Virus record (IMG/VR): IMGVR_UViG_3300025276_000119
Span: 1-31,933 of that record
Source of the DNA: a virus
Taxonomy: Duplodnaviria > Caudoviricetes
Length of the DNA stretch: 31,933 nucleotides
Direction: 5' to 3' (one strand)
A model generated the notes under the pieces. The model saw only the letters and a list, made by a program, of their open reading frames with translations. It was not told where the DNA came from and did no database searches. Of the stretch, positions 1 through 7,919 are shown in pieces; the first letter of the stretch is position 1; every line of letters starts with the position of its first letter. The translations under genes and the position numbers were made by a program.

Positions 1-248
1 ATCTTCAACACACCCCTATCTATATAAATAAATATTTATTCATATAAATAACTAGATGTATGCATAGTCGTTAGTATCAGTACGAATGCTTAGGGTGCAG
101 CTCGTATACTTAAGGCTATAACAATACGATGTAATTAGTACAGATTTATTAGTAAAATAATTTAAATTAATTTTATATATAACAATAAATATATATTGAT
201 ACAATATAATAGTGTTAATATAGTATATGTACATCGTTGTTATATACA

Positions 249-273
249 TACAATACAATACAGTACAATACAA
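249..273. repeat. (TACAA)-type pentamer tandem repeat
   Basis: tacaa tacaa tacag tacaa tacaa in the AT-rich non-coding left end. Confidence 0.6.
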
Positions 274-426
274 CCCCAAGCATTCTAAGCTGTGTCTGAG
301 CTACTTAAATAGATAAGCAATACATTTATATATAAGGCACAAAGAAAGCCGCTCAGAGGCAGCTTAAATAGATTGTATTAATATAGGCTATTTACATTGG
401 TTTAAATTGGTTAAATTATAAGGCAT

Positions 427-463
427 AAAAAAAACCGCCGTACAAATTAATGCAAAGCGGTTT
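427..463 (-). terminator. Intrinsic terminator of the leftward early operon
   Basis: Minus strand reads aaaccgct-t-tgca/ttaatt/tgta-c-ggcggttt followed by a T run, just downstream of the 485..712 stop. Confidence 0.75.
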
Positions 464-484
464 GGATTGGTTTTGATTGGTTTA

Positions 485-712
485 TTATATACTATTCTTT
501 TTTTCCCAATTTACTATAAGGTTAATACTTTCATTAATACTTTCATAAATTCCGTCTTGTTCGATTGCATCGGTTAAAATTTCATACGCAAGACTATTTG
601 AGCATTGAAAGGATTCATTTTTGACATCTAAAATATGCCAAAGGTTATCTATATAATAACCGTTGTTTTTCAGTAATCTTTTTGCTGCCTCAATTTCTTG
701 TAAAGTATTCAT
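485..712 (-). CDS. Hypothetical phage protein (75 aa)
   Basis: ORF in a tight leftward operon with A-rich leader ending aagctATG. Confidence 0.75.
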   Translation of the reverse strand: MNTLQEIEAAKRLLKNNGYYIDNLWHILDVKNESFQCSNSLAYEILTDAIEQDGIYESINESINLIVNWEKKNSI

Positions 713-715
713 AGC

Positions 716-1048
716 TTAGTGTTTTTTTAGTTTAGTTAACTTACCAGATCCGATTAAATAAAAATAATAGTTTTCTAAATTTACTTTTACCGACTGGGTA
801 CCTAAATACCACATTGGGTTAATTGTAGCGGCTTTTATAAACTGTTTAAGCGTATAGTAGTTTTCGTACGTTTTACGGCTTGTTTTTACTTTATCCGATA
901 CAATACAATCGAATTGTTTTATCTCTTCGCTAAGGCAAAATAAAAGAGCTTCGCTGTAGTTGTCAAAACTATACGAATTCATCATTTCCCTTTCTAATAG
1001 ATTAAAAAAGTACTTTTCTTTTCTTGTTTGTTTCACTTGGTATAGCAT
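716..1048 (-). CDS. Hypothetical phage protein (110 aa)
   Basis: ORF tightly packed between neighbours, leader actaaaaaaaaagctATG. Confidence 0.7.
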   Translation of the reverse strand: MLYQVKQTRKEKYFFNLLEREMMNSYSFDNYSEALLFCLSEEIKQFDCIVSDKVKTSRKTYENYYTLKQFIKAATINPMWYLGTQSVKVNLENYYFYLIGSGKLTKLKKH

Positions 1049-1058
1049 AGCTTTTTTT

Positions 1059-1706
1059 TTAGTGTATTAATAAACCTATTTTGTTGTTGTTGGTATTGAT
1101 TGCTAGTAAATCATCAGATGAGGCATTTACATAGCCTTGTTTTTGCATTTCGTCCATAGAATAGAAAATTTTAGAATGTCTGTCTTTGTTGACATCTACT
1201 AAATTATCGAATTTAGAACCTAGTGAATAAATTAGTACAAAATTGCTAGGTTTCCCGCTTACCAAATCAAACAATTTTTTGCTTTTAGTATATGCATAAA
1301 ATTTCACATTTGGGAATTGTAGCATTATTTCGAACCAATTTTTTATATACTCAAAATTGTAAAAATCTCCGCTGTCGTGTATTCTAATATGCGTCGCCTT
1401 TCGTCTTGTTATTGCATCAGTCATCTTTGCTTTAAACAGCTCACTATCTTTAGAAAGCAAATAACGTTTTTCATATGCTTTTTTCGTATTGGTCCAAATG
1501 TAACTACCTTTGTTCGCATAGCACAAAGAAACGCACGTATCAGCAAATGGGCACGTGATTTTTCCCGTACTATGAGATTTGTAAGCTGTAATCCCAAAAT
1601 TGTACAATCTTATATTATTTTCTTTAGACGTTTTGCGCATCTTACTATTTTGCGTCAAAATTTGATTGTGCTTTAATTCGATTAAATCGTTTTTAGTAAA
1701 TTCCAT
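1059..1706 (-). CDS. GP88-family protein (radical-SAM-like Cys motif)
   Basis: TCPFADTCVSLCYA (CX5CX3C), IRIHDSGDF and FYAYTKS motifs typical of phage gene product 88. Confidence 0.8.
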   Translation of the reverse strand: MEFTKNDLIELKHNQILTQNSKMRKTSKENNIRLYNFGITAYKSHSTGKITCPFADTCVSLCYANKGSYIWTNTKKAYEKRYLLSKDSELFKAKMTDAITRRKATHIRIHDSGDFYNFEYIKNWFEIMLQFPNVKFYAYTKSKKLFDLVSGKPSNFVLIYSLGSKFDNLVDVNKDRHSKIFYSMDEMQKQGYVNASSDDLLAINTNNNKIGLLIH

Positions 1707-1717
1707 AGCTTTATTTT

Positions 1718-1858
1718 TTAGTTTTCTTTTAACTCAGTAAGGATAACATTTAACTCATTAAGGTTAAATGTATGCAAATCTAATTTGTCTTGATTGTTGT
1801 GCGTTTCTTTTATAAGAAAGTTTATTTCTTTAATTAAATCGGGTTTTGTTAGTTTCAT
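1718..1858 (-). CDS. Small hypothetical protein (46 aa, not in ORF track)
   Basis: MKLTKPDLIKEINFLIKETHNNQDKLDLHTFNLNELNVILTELKKN*; first gene after the 1888-1918 promoter, leader aaactaaaaacgATG. Confidence 0.7.
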   Translation of the reverse strand: MKLTKPDLIKEINFLIKETHNNQDKLDLHTFNLNELNVILTELKEN

Positions 1859-1887
1859 CGTTTTTAGTTTTTAGGTTAACAATAAGG

Positions 1888-1918
1888 CAAATATAAACAA
1901 ATGTTAAAAACTACCAAA
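1888..1918 (-). promoter_or_regulatory. Bacteroidota-type primary-sigma promoter (-33 TTTG, -7 TATATTTG)
   Basis: Minus strand TTTG, 19 nt spacer, TATATTTG; matches the established TTTG/TAnnTTTG consensus and spacing. Confidence 0.8.
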
Positions 1919-2039
1919 TAAAATAAAAGAAAAAACGTGCGTACGCATTTACATTCTTTTCGCAAGCTCGCGTATACAAAAATATTTTTAAATAAAAAAA
2001 TGCTTAAAAATTTGCATTTATCAAAATTTGATCCGTTAA

Positions 2040-2110
2040 CCCCTCCCCTATCAATACATATAATAAATTATATACTTAAAGACCTGGGTTATTTACCTGC
2101 CCCTCCCCTA
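2040..2110. repeat. 11-bp direct repeat CCCCTCCCCTA x2, 60 bp apart
   Basis: Copies at 2040-2050 and 2100-2110 in the divergent intergenic region. Confidence 0.7.
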
Positions 2111-2213
2111 CCACCTGGAGGGAGGCTAAATTCTATGGTTTACTAAAAAACTAATTACTTTCGGAGTTCTGTAAAAAATTTAGAATAATATTTCTTAATT
2201 AAATAAATTAGTT

Positions 2214-2221
2214 TACATTTG
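2214..2221 (+). promoter_or_regulatory. Probable -7 promoter element (TACATTTG) for the rightward operon
   Basis: TAnnTTTG about 30 nt upstream of ATG 2253; no clear -33 box. Confidence 0.6.
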
Positions 2222-2252
2222 TTCAGAACTAAAAACTTAAAAACTTATAACG

Positions 2253-2522
2253 ATGACAAGAGAGGAGATTTTAATTGAAAAGATTAGACCGATGATATTC
2301 TGTCTATGGAACTCAAACGAGTCTATTAAGGCTGAGCAATTACTAATAGAGGTTACTTACTACCCTAAAGTTTTTATGGGTGATAATTACCCTGAAATAG
2401 AATTTACAATTGAATTAGGAGATGGTACTGTAATACCTAAAGATAAACTATCTAAAACCTTTACTGATATAGTAGATTCTATGGCAAAACATATATATAC
2501 TAGGCTATATAGTATACGCTAG
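2253..2522 (+). CDS. Hypothetical phage protein (89 aa)
   Basis: ORF following promoter and A-rich leader. Confidence 0.7.
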   Translation: MTREEILIEKIRPMIFCLWNSNESIKAEQLLIEVTYYPKVFMGDNYPEIEFTIELGDGTVIPKDKLSKTFTDIVDSMAKHIYTRLYSIR

Positions 2523-2616
2523 TAAGGTGTGAATAGTGAAAGTTGCATTTTGGAGCTTCCACACACACAGAATTTATACCACCCCCCCTTTTTATTAACG
2601 ATTAAAACTAAAAATT

Positions 2617-3105
2617 ATGAATGGACATTGGAAGAAACAGTTTAACTATGACTACTTAGGTTCTTACTCACTTGATGGTAAGAAAGAAGTGGTAGTATCT
2701 ATCAAAGGTGTAGATACAGCTAAGGTAACAGGTCAGGCAGGTCGTAAGGAAGATTGCTTTGTAGTAAACTTTAACGAGTTTGATAAGCCTATGATACTTA
2801 ACCGAACCAATGCAAAGGCGATAGAGAAAGTTGCAGGTAGTGGATTGGTAGAAGACTGGATTGGATCAAGTGTAACTCTTTACGTTGAGAAAGGTGTAAA
2901 AGCTTTTGGCGATGTAGTCGATGCGTTACGAATTAGAGATAAGAAGCCTAGCGAAACTAAGATGACTGAAACTATATACAAATCAATGCTTATGGCCATT
3001 GAGCAAGGTAAGGTAGCCCAGGTAGAGATGGCTATACCTAAGTATAAGATGAACAAGGAAATGTCTACGGTTATTTTAGAGCAAATTAAATTAGCAAAAG
3101 GATGA
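2617..3105 (+). CDS. Conserved phage protein, putative ssDNA-binding/annealing protein
   Basis: HWKK..YLG and KPMILNRTNAKAI..EDWIG..VTLY..ALRIR pattern of a widespread phage family; sits next to the RecE-like exonuclease. Confidence 0.5.
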   Translation: MNGHWKKQFNYDYLGSYSLDGKKEVVVSIKGVDTAKVTGQAGRKEDCFVVNFNEFDKPMILNRTNAKAIEKVAGSGLVEDWIGSSVTLYVEKGVKAFGDVVDALRIRDKKPSETKMTETIYKSMLMAIEQGKVAQVEMAIPKYKMNKEMSTVILEQIKLAKG

Positions 3106-3239
3106 TACAACTTATTTTATTTTGGATTTTAGATAGCGTAGATACTCCTAATTTTATTTGGGCTATATTTATAATACATTGTTTGTTTGCTTTTTTAAGG
3201 TTCGCAAGTGATGTATTGAAATCAATAGCTGACAGGTAA
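3102..3239 (+). CDS. Small hydrophobic protein (45 aa, not in ORF track)
   Basis: MIQLILFWILDSVDTPNFIWAIFIIHCLFAFLRFASDVLKSIADR*; ATGA overlap upstream and TAATG overlap downstream, exactly filling the gap. Confidence 0.7.
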   Translation: MIQLILFWILDSVDTPNFIWAIFIIHCLFAFLRFASDVLKSIADR

Positions 3240-4015
3240 TGATAGACTTAAACAATGACGAGGAGTACTACGGAGATTTTGACTATACTACAAACTCACA
3301 GTTAGGGTACGTTAAGCGTTCACCTGCTTACTATTGGAAGATGCGTAACGGAGGGAAGATAGACGCTCCTGCACTTAGGTTTGGTGCTTTGGTTCACACG
3401 TTGATACTTGAACCTGAGAAGTACCAAGAGAACTTTGTTGTATTTAATCCTGACGATAGACCTGAACAAGATAAGGGTATGACATCTAAGATTAATAAAG
3501 CTTGGAAGATTAAGTTAGACGAAGAGTGTAAAGATGGTCGCAAGTATTTAATGACTATGGAGCAATATCAGTTAGCTCTTAAACTAAAGAGAAAGCTATA
3601 TAATTGTAAAGAGTTTAAAGAGATTCTTGACAATTGCGAAACAGAAGTCCCTAAGACTTGGTTAGACTTTAACACAATGAGTAAGTGTAAAGGTAAAGCG
3701 GATATAGTAGTTACAGGAGGCGATGTGCTAGTCGATATTAAGACTACTGGTAAAGATGTAGCTGATTTCAGAAAGAGTGCTTACAGGTACGCTTATCACA
3801 GGCAAGCAGCGTTCTATTTAGATGGGTTTAACGCAAAGGAGTTTATCTTTGTAGTGATTGAATCGAACGCACCTCATCAGATTGGTATCTTTAGATGTTC
3901 TGAACACTTTATAGAACAAGGCAGACAAGAGTACATAGAATTACTAGAGAAGAAAAACAAATATTGTCAAACGGTTGTTGAAGCAAACAACCACATAATA
4001 CACGATGAACTATGA
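3239..4015 (+). CDS. RecE/exonuclease VIII-like PD-(D/E)XK nuclease (DUF3799-like)
   Basis: SPAYY, FGALVHTLILEPE, KGKAD..DIKTT and YHRQAAFY motifs. Confidence 0.85.
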   Translation: MIDLNNDEEYYGDFDYTTNSQLGYVKRSPAYYWKMRNGGKIDAPALRFGALVHTLILEPEKYQENFVVFNPDDRPEQDKGMTSKINKAWKIKLDEECKDGRKYLMTMEQYQLALKLKRKLYNCKEFKEILDNCETEVPKTWLDFNTMSKCKGKADIVVTGGDVLVDIKTTGKDVADFRKSAYRYAYHRQAAFYLDGFNAKEFIFVVIESNAPHQIGIFRCSEHFIEQGRQEYIELLEKKNKYCQTVVEANNHIIHDEL

Positions 4016-4428
4016 AGACAACAAAACAATCAAGACAAGGGGTTGATGCTTTAGATGTAGCTTTAAATTTAGTGTCTAAACATTGGGACGTACCAAGGGA
4101 ATTAATCTTAGGTAAGTCAAGAGAATTAAACATTATGAACGCCAGGCACTCAGCAAGGTATTACCTGTGTTCTTTAAATGTATTTACTTTAGCTGAAATT
4201 GGATCTTTAACTAATTGTGACCACGCTACCGTAATCAATAGTCGTAAGAAGTTTAACTACTATTGCCACAGCGATAAAGAGTTTGTTGATATGAAAGCTA
4301 AGTTTAACGGTGATATAGATTTAACTAAGACTGAGATGCTTAGAAATAGTTTAAGAGATGTGTTAAGTAAGCCCTCAATGGTGCAAGAAAAAGTAACCGA
4401 AATAATGTCGATTTATGAAAATAGATAG
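4012..4428 (+). CDS. DnaA C-terminal-like helix-turn-helix protein
   Basis: ILGKSR..IMNARH..TLAEIG..DHATVINS matches the DnaA domain IV pattern. Confidence 0.75.
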   Translation: MKTTKQSRQGVDALDVALNLVSKHWDVPRELILGKSRELNIMNARHSARYYLCSLNVFTLAEIGSLTNCDHATVINSRKKFNYYCHSDKEFVDMKAKFNGDIDLTKTEMLRNSLRDVLSKPSMVQEKVTEIMSIYENR

Positions 4429-4648
4429 AGTAGATGTGGCGCACGAAGAGATATTTGAGAACTGTGAAGAGTATTTAGTACTCTCTGTGCAAGCAAAAGG
4501 AGAAGATGAATACATCTCTAGGGCTTACCTATCAACGGATGGCGATATTTTAAAAGAAATATTAATAGATGAGATGAATAATAGCGAATTAATTGCTACA
4601 TTTATGCAAGAAGTTATTAACGATTATAAACAACAAAAACTACAGTAA
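4415..4648 (+). CDS. Hypothetical protein (77 aa)
   Basis: ORF overlapping both neighbours, acidic. Confidence 0.7.
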   Translation: MKIDRVDVAHEEIFENCEEYLVLSVQAKGEDEYISRAYLSTDGDILKEILIDEMNNSELIATFMQEVINDYKQQKLQ

Positions 4649-5004
4649 TGAGTAACTTAGAAATGAATGGTACAATCACTAAAGTTAGTGAAGTACAAAC
4701 AGGAACAGCTAAATCGGGGAACGATTGGAAGAAGTTAACTTTTGCAATAAAAACTGAGGGTGATTACCCTAAGACAGTTGCGTTCACAGTATTTGGTGAA
4801 GAGAAAGTTGACAATTTTATGAAGTTCAATAAGATTGGTCAAAAGGTAGACGTTAGCTTTAATGCTGAGTCAAGAGAGTACAACGATAAATTCTATACGG
4901 ATCTACAAGCGTGGAAAGTATTTACAACTAAAGCAGATGTTGAGGAAGCTGCTCCAGTAGGTGCAAGCGATGGATTCCATAAAGCTTCGGATTTACCATT
5001 TTAA
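4648..5004 (+). CDS. DUF3127-family single-stranded DNA-binding protein
   Basis: G..WKK..YPK.VAF.VFG, VDVSFN.ESREYN.KFYTDLQAWKV, C-terminal DLPF tail. Confidence 0.85.
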   Translation: MSNLEMNGTITKVSEVQTGTAKSGNDWKKLTFAIKTEGDYPKTVAFTVFGEEKVDNFMKFNKIGQKVDVSFNAESREYNDKFYTDLQAWKVFTTKADVEEAAPVGASDGFHKASDLPF

Positions 5005-5014
5005 ATACTAATTG

Positions 5015-5051
5015 ATGGGGGTCGCTTCGTGCGACTCCTATTCTTTTTTTT
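5015..5051 (+). terminator. Intrinsic terminator between SSB and replication initiator
   Basis: atgggggtcgc-ttcgt-gcgactcctat stem followed by T8. Confidence 0.8.
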
Positions 5052-5075
5052 AACTAGAAACTAAAAAAAATTATA

Positions 5076-5708
5076 ATGATGGCTAAACGATTTACGGACA
5101 CCGCTAAGTGGAGCGAAGATTGGTTCTTAGAGATTAAAAACCCACACAAATTATTTTGGATTTACGTTTGTGATAATTGTAATCACGCAGGTATATTTAA
5201 GCCTAATAAGAGAATGTTCGAGTTAATCTTAGGTGCTAGGATTGACATAAATATGTTCTTAGAAGAGATTAATTCCGACAAACAACGTATTTTAGAGCTT
5301 GCCAATGGTAAATGGTACTTAACTAAGTTTATTGAGTTCCAATACGGAGGTAAGCTTAACGAGAATAATAGAGTGCATAAGTCTATCCTGGAGATACTTA
5401 TCGCAAACAACATTACTTGGGAAGAAAAATCTATAGTACCTCAATTAGAGGTGAAGGATTACAAGCCTAAGGTTAATCCTAACATACCTAGCACCATCAA
5501 CGAAGTTATTGACTACTTCAAGCTAAAAGGTAGCTCAAAGATAGAAGGTGAGAAGTTTTACTATTTCTACGAGTCAAAAGATTGGTTAGTAGGGAAAACT
5601 AAAATGAAGAATTGGAAGATGTCAGCTTCGGGATGGATTGCTAGGAATAAAAAAGGTAAGCCTGATTCGGATTATTTAGGTGGTCAACTTCAAGCAATGA
5701 AAAACTAA
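5076..5708 (+). CDS. Putative replication initiator / replisome organiser
   Basis: MAKRFTDT.KW..WF N-terminus, C-terminal FYYFYESKDW.VGK.KMKNWK..A.GW domain, directly upstream of the helicase. Confidence 0.7.
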   Translation: MMAKRFTDTAKWSEDWFLEIKNPHKLFWIYVCDNCNHAGIFKPNKRMFELILGARIDINMFLEEINSDKQRILELANGKWYLTKFIEFQYGGKLNENNRVHKSILEILIANNITWEEKSIVPQLEVKDYKPKVNPNIPSTINEVIDYFKLKGSSKIEGEKFYYFYESKDWLVGKTKMKNWKMSASGWIARNKKGKPDSDYLGGQLQAMKN

Positions 5709-6640
5709 TGGCTTCTTACAGAATAACCTCGAAGCAAGAGGTGAACGACTATTGTAGGAAGATATACACTAAAGGGTACTCTAAAGGACTCTCTACAGGC
5801 ATATCACCACTTGACCCTCACTATACGTTTAGAAAAGGAGAGCTTACTATTATGACTGGGTTTGCCAACATAGGTAAGACCACCTCTCAACTTTTTCTAA
5901 TGATAATGTCAGCTAAACTCTACGGTTGGAAGTGGCTAATGTACTGCCCTGAAAACGAACCTGTAGGTGATTTAATGATTGATATAGCTGAGATGTTTTG
6001 TGGTGGTACTGCCGATAGAGATTTCAACGATAGAATTAATCAAGAAGAGTATCTTAAAGGTATTAATTGGGCTTACGAACACTTTACGGTTCTTACGTTT
6101 GATGAAACACCTACCGTAGAAGATGTGCTAGGAGCATTTCAAGACTATATGCAAGTGACTCCTATCGATGGTGTATCTTTAGACCCACTTAATGATTTAA
6201 AAGCAGGAGAGAAGCAATCTAAGTACGATTACTATTACGACGCTTTAAGTAATATTAGGAGGTTTATTAAAAAGAATAAGATAGCTTTTTACCTTGTGGT
6301 ACACCCAGGAACGGCAGCTAACCGAAGACGAAACGATGATGGTTCTAGACCTGCTCCGAATATGAGCGATGTAGAGTATGGTTCTATGTTTGGTAACAGG
6401 GCAGATAACTTTATTGTGTTTCACCGTAACCCACAATCGGAGCAATGGAATCAAACTGAGGTTCATATACAAAAGGTTAAGTTTCAGAAGTTAGTCGGAG
6501 TTCCTACGCCTGAAACAAGTCCAATCGCTTTGTTTTACCATTATGGTACACGCAGATTTAGGTATTTAAATCAGAACGGAAGTCCAATTGATCCGATTGA
6601 AATGGTAGATAGTAAATTAAAAACTAACGATATATTTTAG
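5708..6640 (+). CDS. SF4 (DnaB/Twinkle-like) replicative helicase
   Basis: GLSTG..LD, Walker A TGFANIGKT, SLDP (Walker B), LVVHP, KVKF motifs. Confidence 0.85.
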   Translation: MASYRITSKQEVNDYCRKIYTKGYSKGLSTGISPLDPHYTFRKGELTIMTGFANIGKTTSQLFLMIMSAKLYGWKWLMYCPENEPVGDLMIDIAEMFCGGTADRDFNDRINQEEYLKGINWAYEHFTVLTFDETPTVEDVLGAFQDYMQVTPIDGVSLDPLNDLKAGEKQSKYDYYYDALSNIRRFIKKNKIAFYLVVHPGTAANRRRNDDGSRPAPNMSDVEYGSMFGNRADNFIVFHRNPQSEQWNQTEVHIQKVKFQKLVGVPTPETSPIALFYHYGTRRFRYLNQNGSPIDPIEMVDSKLKTNDIF

Positions 6641-6642
6641 TT

Positions 6643-7296
6643 ATGAAGATATTAGAATTATTTGCAGGTAGTAGGAGTATTGGTAAGGTAGCAGAAGAAA
6701 GAGGTCACGAGGTTTTTAGTGTAGATTTAAAAGATTTTGAAGGTATAAGTTTAGCTAAAGATATTGAGAATTTAATACCATCTGACATACCTTTTAAACC
6801 TGATATGATTTGGGCTAGCCCGCCTTGTACTACTTACTCTATGGCAGCAATAAGTCATCATAGACCACTAGGTAAGAATAAATCGGACTTTGCTTTTAAA
6901 AGTGATAACTTGGTCAGAAATACTTTAAAAATAATTAACTATTTTGATTGTATTTATTATATAGAGAATCCAAGAGCAACTTTAAGAAAGCAATCTTTTA
7001 TGCAGGGAGTACCAAGAACAACTGTGTGGTATTGTACCTATGGAGAAGTAACTGCTAAACCTACTGATATTTGGTCTAACAATATTTACTCTATTTTTAA
7101 TCCAATAGGATGGCATCCAAGAACTGAATGTTTTAATGGTAATAAAAAATGTCATCACGAACCTGCTCCAAGAGGAAGTAGTACAGGAGTCCAGGGTATT
7201 AAAGGTAATTACAATAGGTCTAAAATACCTTATGAATTATGTTTAGAAGTTATTATAGCAACAGAAATAAAATTAAAAACTAACAACACATTTTAA
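6643..7296 (+). CDS. DNA (cytosine-5) methyltransferase-like protein
   Basis: Motif I LELFAG, motif IV WASPPC, motif VI IENP. Confidence 0.85.
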   Translation: MKILELFAGSRSIGKVAEERGHEVFSVDLKDFEGISLAKDIENLIPSDIPFKPDMIWASPPCTTYSMAAISHHRPLGKNKSDFAFKSDNLVRNTLKIINYFDCIYYIENPRATLRKQSFMQGVPRTTVWYCTYGEVTAKPTDIWSNNIYSIFNPIGWHPRTECFNGNKKCHHEPAPRGSSTGVQGIKGNYNRSKIPYELCLEVIIATEIKLKTNNTF

Positions 7297-7301
7297 AAAC
7301 T

Positions 7302-7571
7302 ATGAGTAATTTAGAGAAAATTATTGCGAACAACCCTAAGTCTAAATTTTTAATAGCAGATGGATACGATGATGCCGTAATCGGTCATTGTTCTCAAGCA
7401 AATAGATTAATATACTCTTACAAAGAATGTATTTCTATAGACTTATGTAGTGTAACAGATACAGACCAAGCCCCTTGTTATTTTGATATTGTAGATAACC
7501 TTCAATACAATGTTATAGGCTTTTATGTTGGTAAAAACAGACCAATTTGGTGTATGGATGAAGGCTTATAG
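7302..7571 (+). CDS. Conserved hypothetical phage protein
   Basis: ADGYDDAVIG..LIYS..YNV.G.YVG..PI pattern common in aquatic phages. Confidence 0.7.
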   Translation: MSNLEKIIANNPKSKFLIADGYDDAVIGHCSQANRLIYSYKECISIDLCSVTDTDQAPCYFDIVDNLQYNVIGFYVGKNRPIWCMDEGL

Positions 7572-7573
7572 TT

Positions 7574-7918
7574 ATGGCAGATGAGATGACAATGAAAGCA
7601 CTACAGTTGCTTAGAGAACAAGACCCGAATATGGATGAGATAAACAGTATGGATAAGTTTATAGCACACCAAAAAGAGGTTGTTCAAATGAGAAATCAGT
7701 ACATAGACTTTGCTAATCACCCTCAAGCAGAAAAGCTAAGAAAGAGGTTAAACGTGTTAGAGGATAGTTCGTTTGCTTTTACTTATGTGTACACGATGAT
7801 GATGGGTTACAAGAGAGAGTCTTTACTAGCCCAAGCGAATGAGATGGAGATGGCTAATGCTGTTATAGAGTTGAAAGCCGAACTAGACCTTGTTAATAAA
7901 CTAAACAAAGATTACTAA
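7574..7918 (+). CDS. Hypothetical protein, coiled-coil C-terminus
   Basis: 114-aa ORF in operon. Confidence 0.7.
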   Translation: MADEMTMKALQLLREQDPNMDEINSMDKFIAHQKEVVQMRNQYIDFANHPQAEKLRKRLNVLEDSSFAFTYVYTMMMGYKRESLLAQANEMEMANAVIELKAELDLVNKLNKDY

Positions 7919-7919
7919 G

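Noticed and set aside
52-279. 75-aa minus-strand ORF
   Set aside because: Low-complexity Tyr/Ile-rich translation of AT-rich repeats, downstream of the operon terminator
1937-2146. 69-aa plus-strand ORF
   Set aside because: GTG start with no upstream promoter; crosses repeats in the divergent control region
2541-2552. Loop GTTGCATTTTGG as antisense to CAAAATGGCAA starts of two late genes
   Set aside because: Only about 10 bp with a bulge; too weak to distinguish from chance
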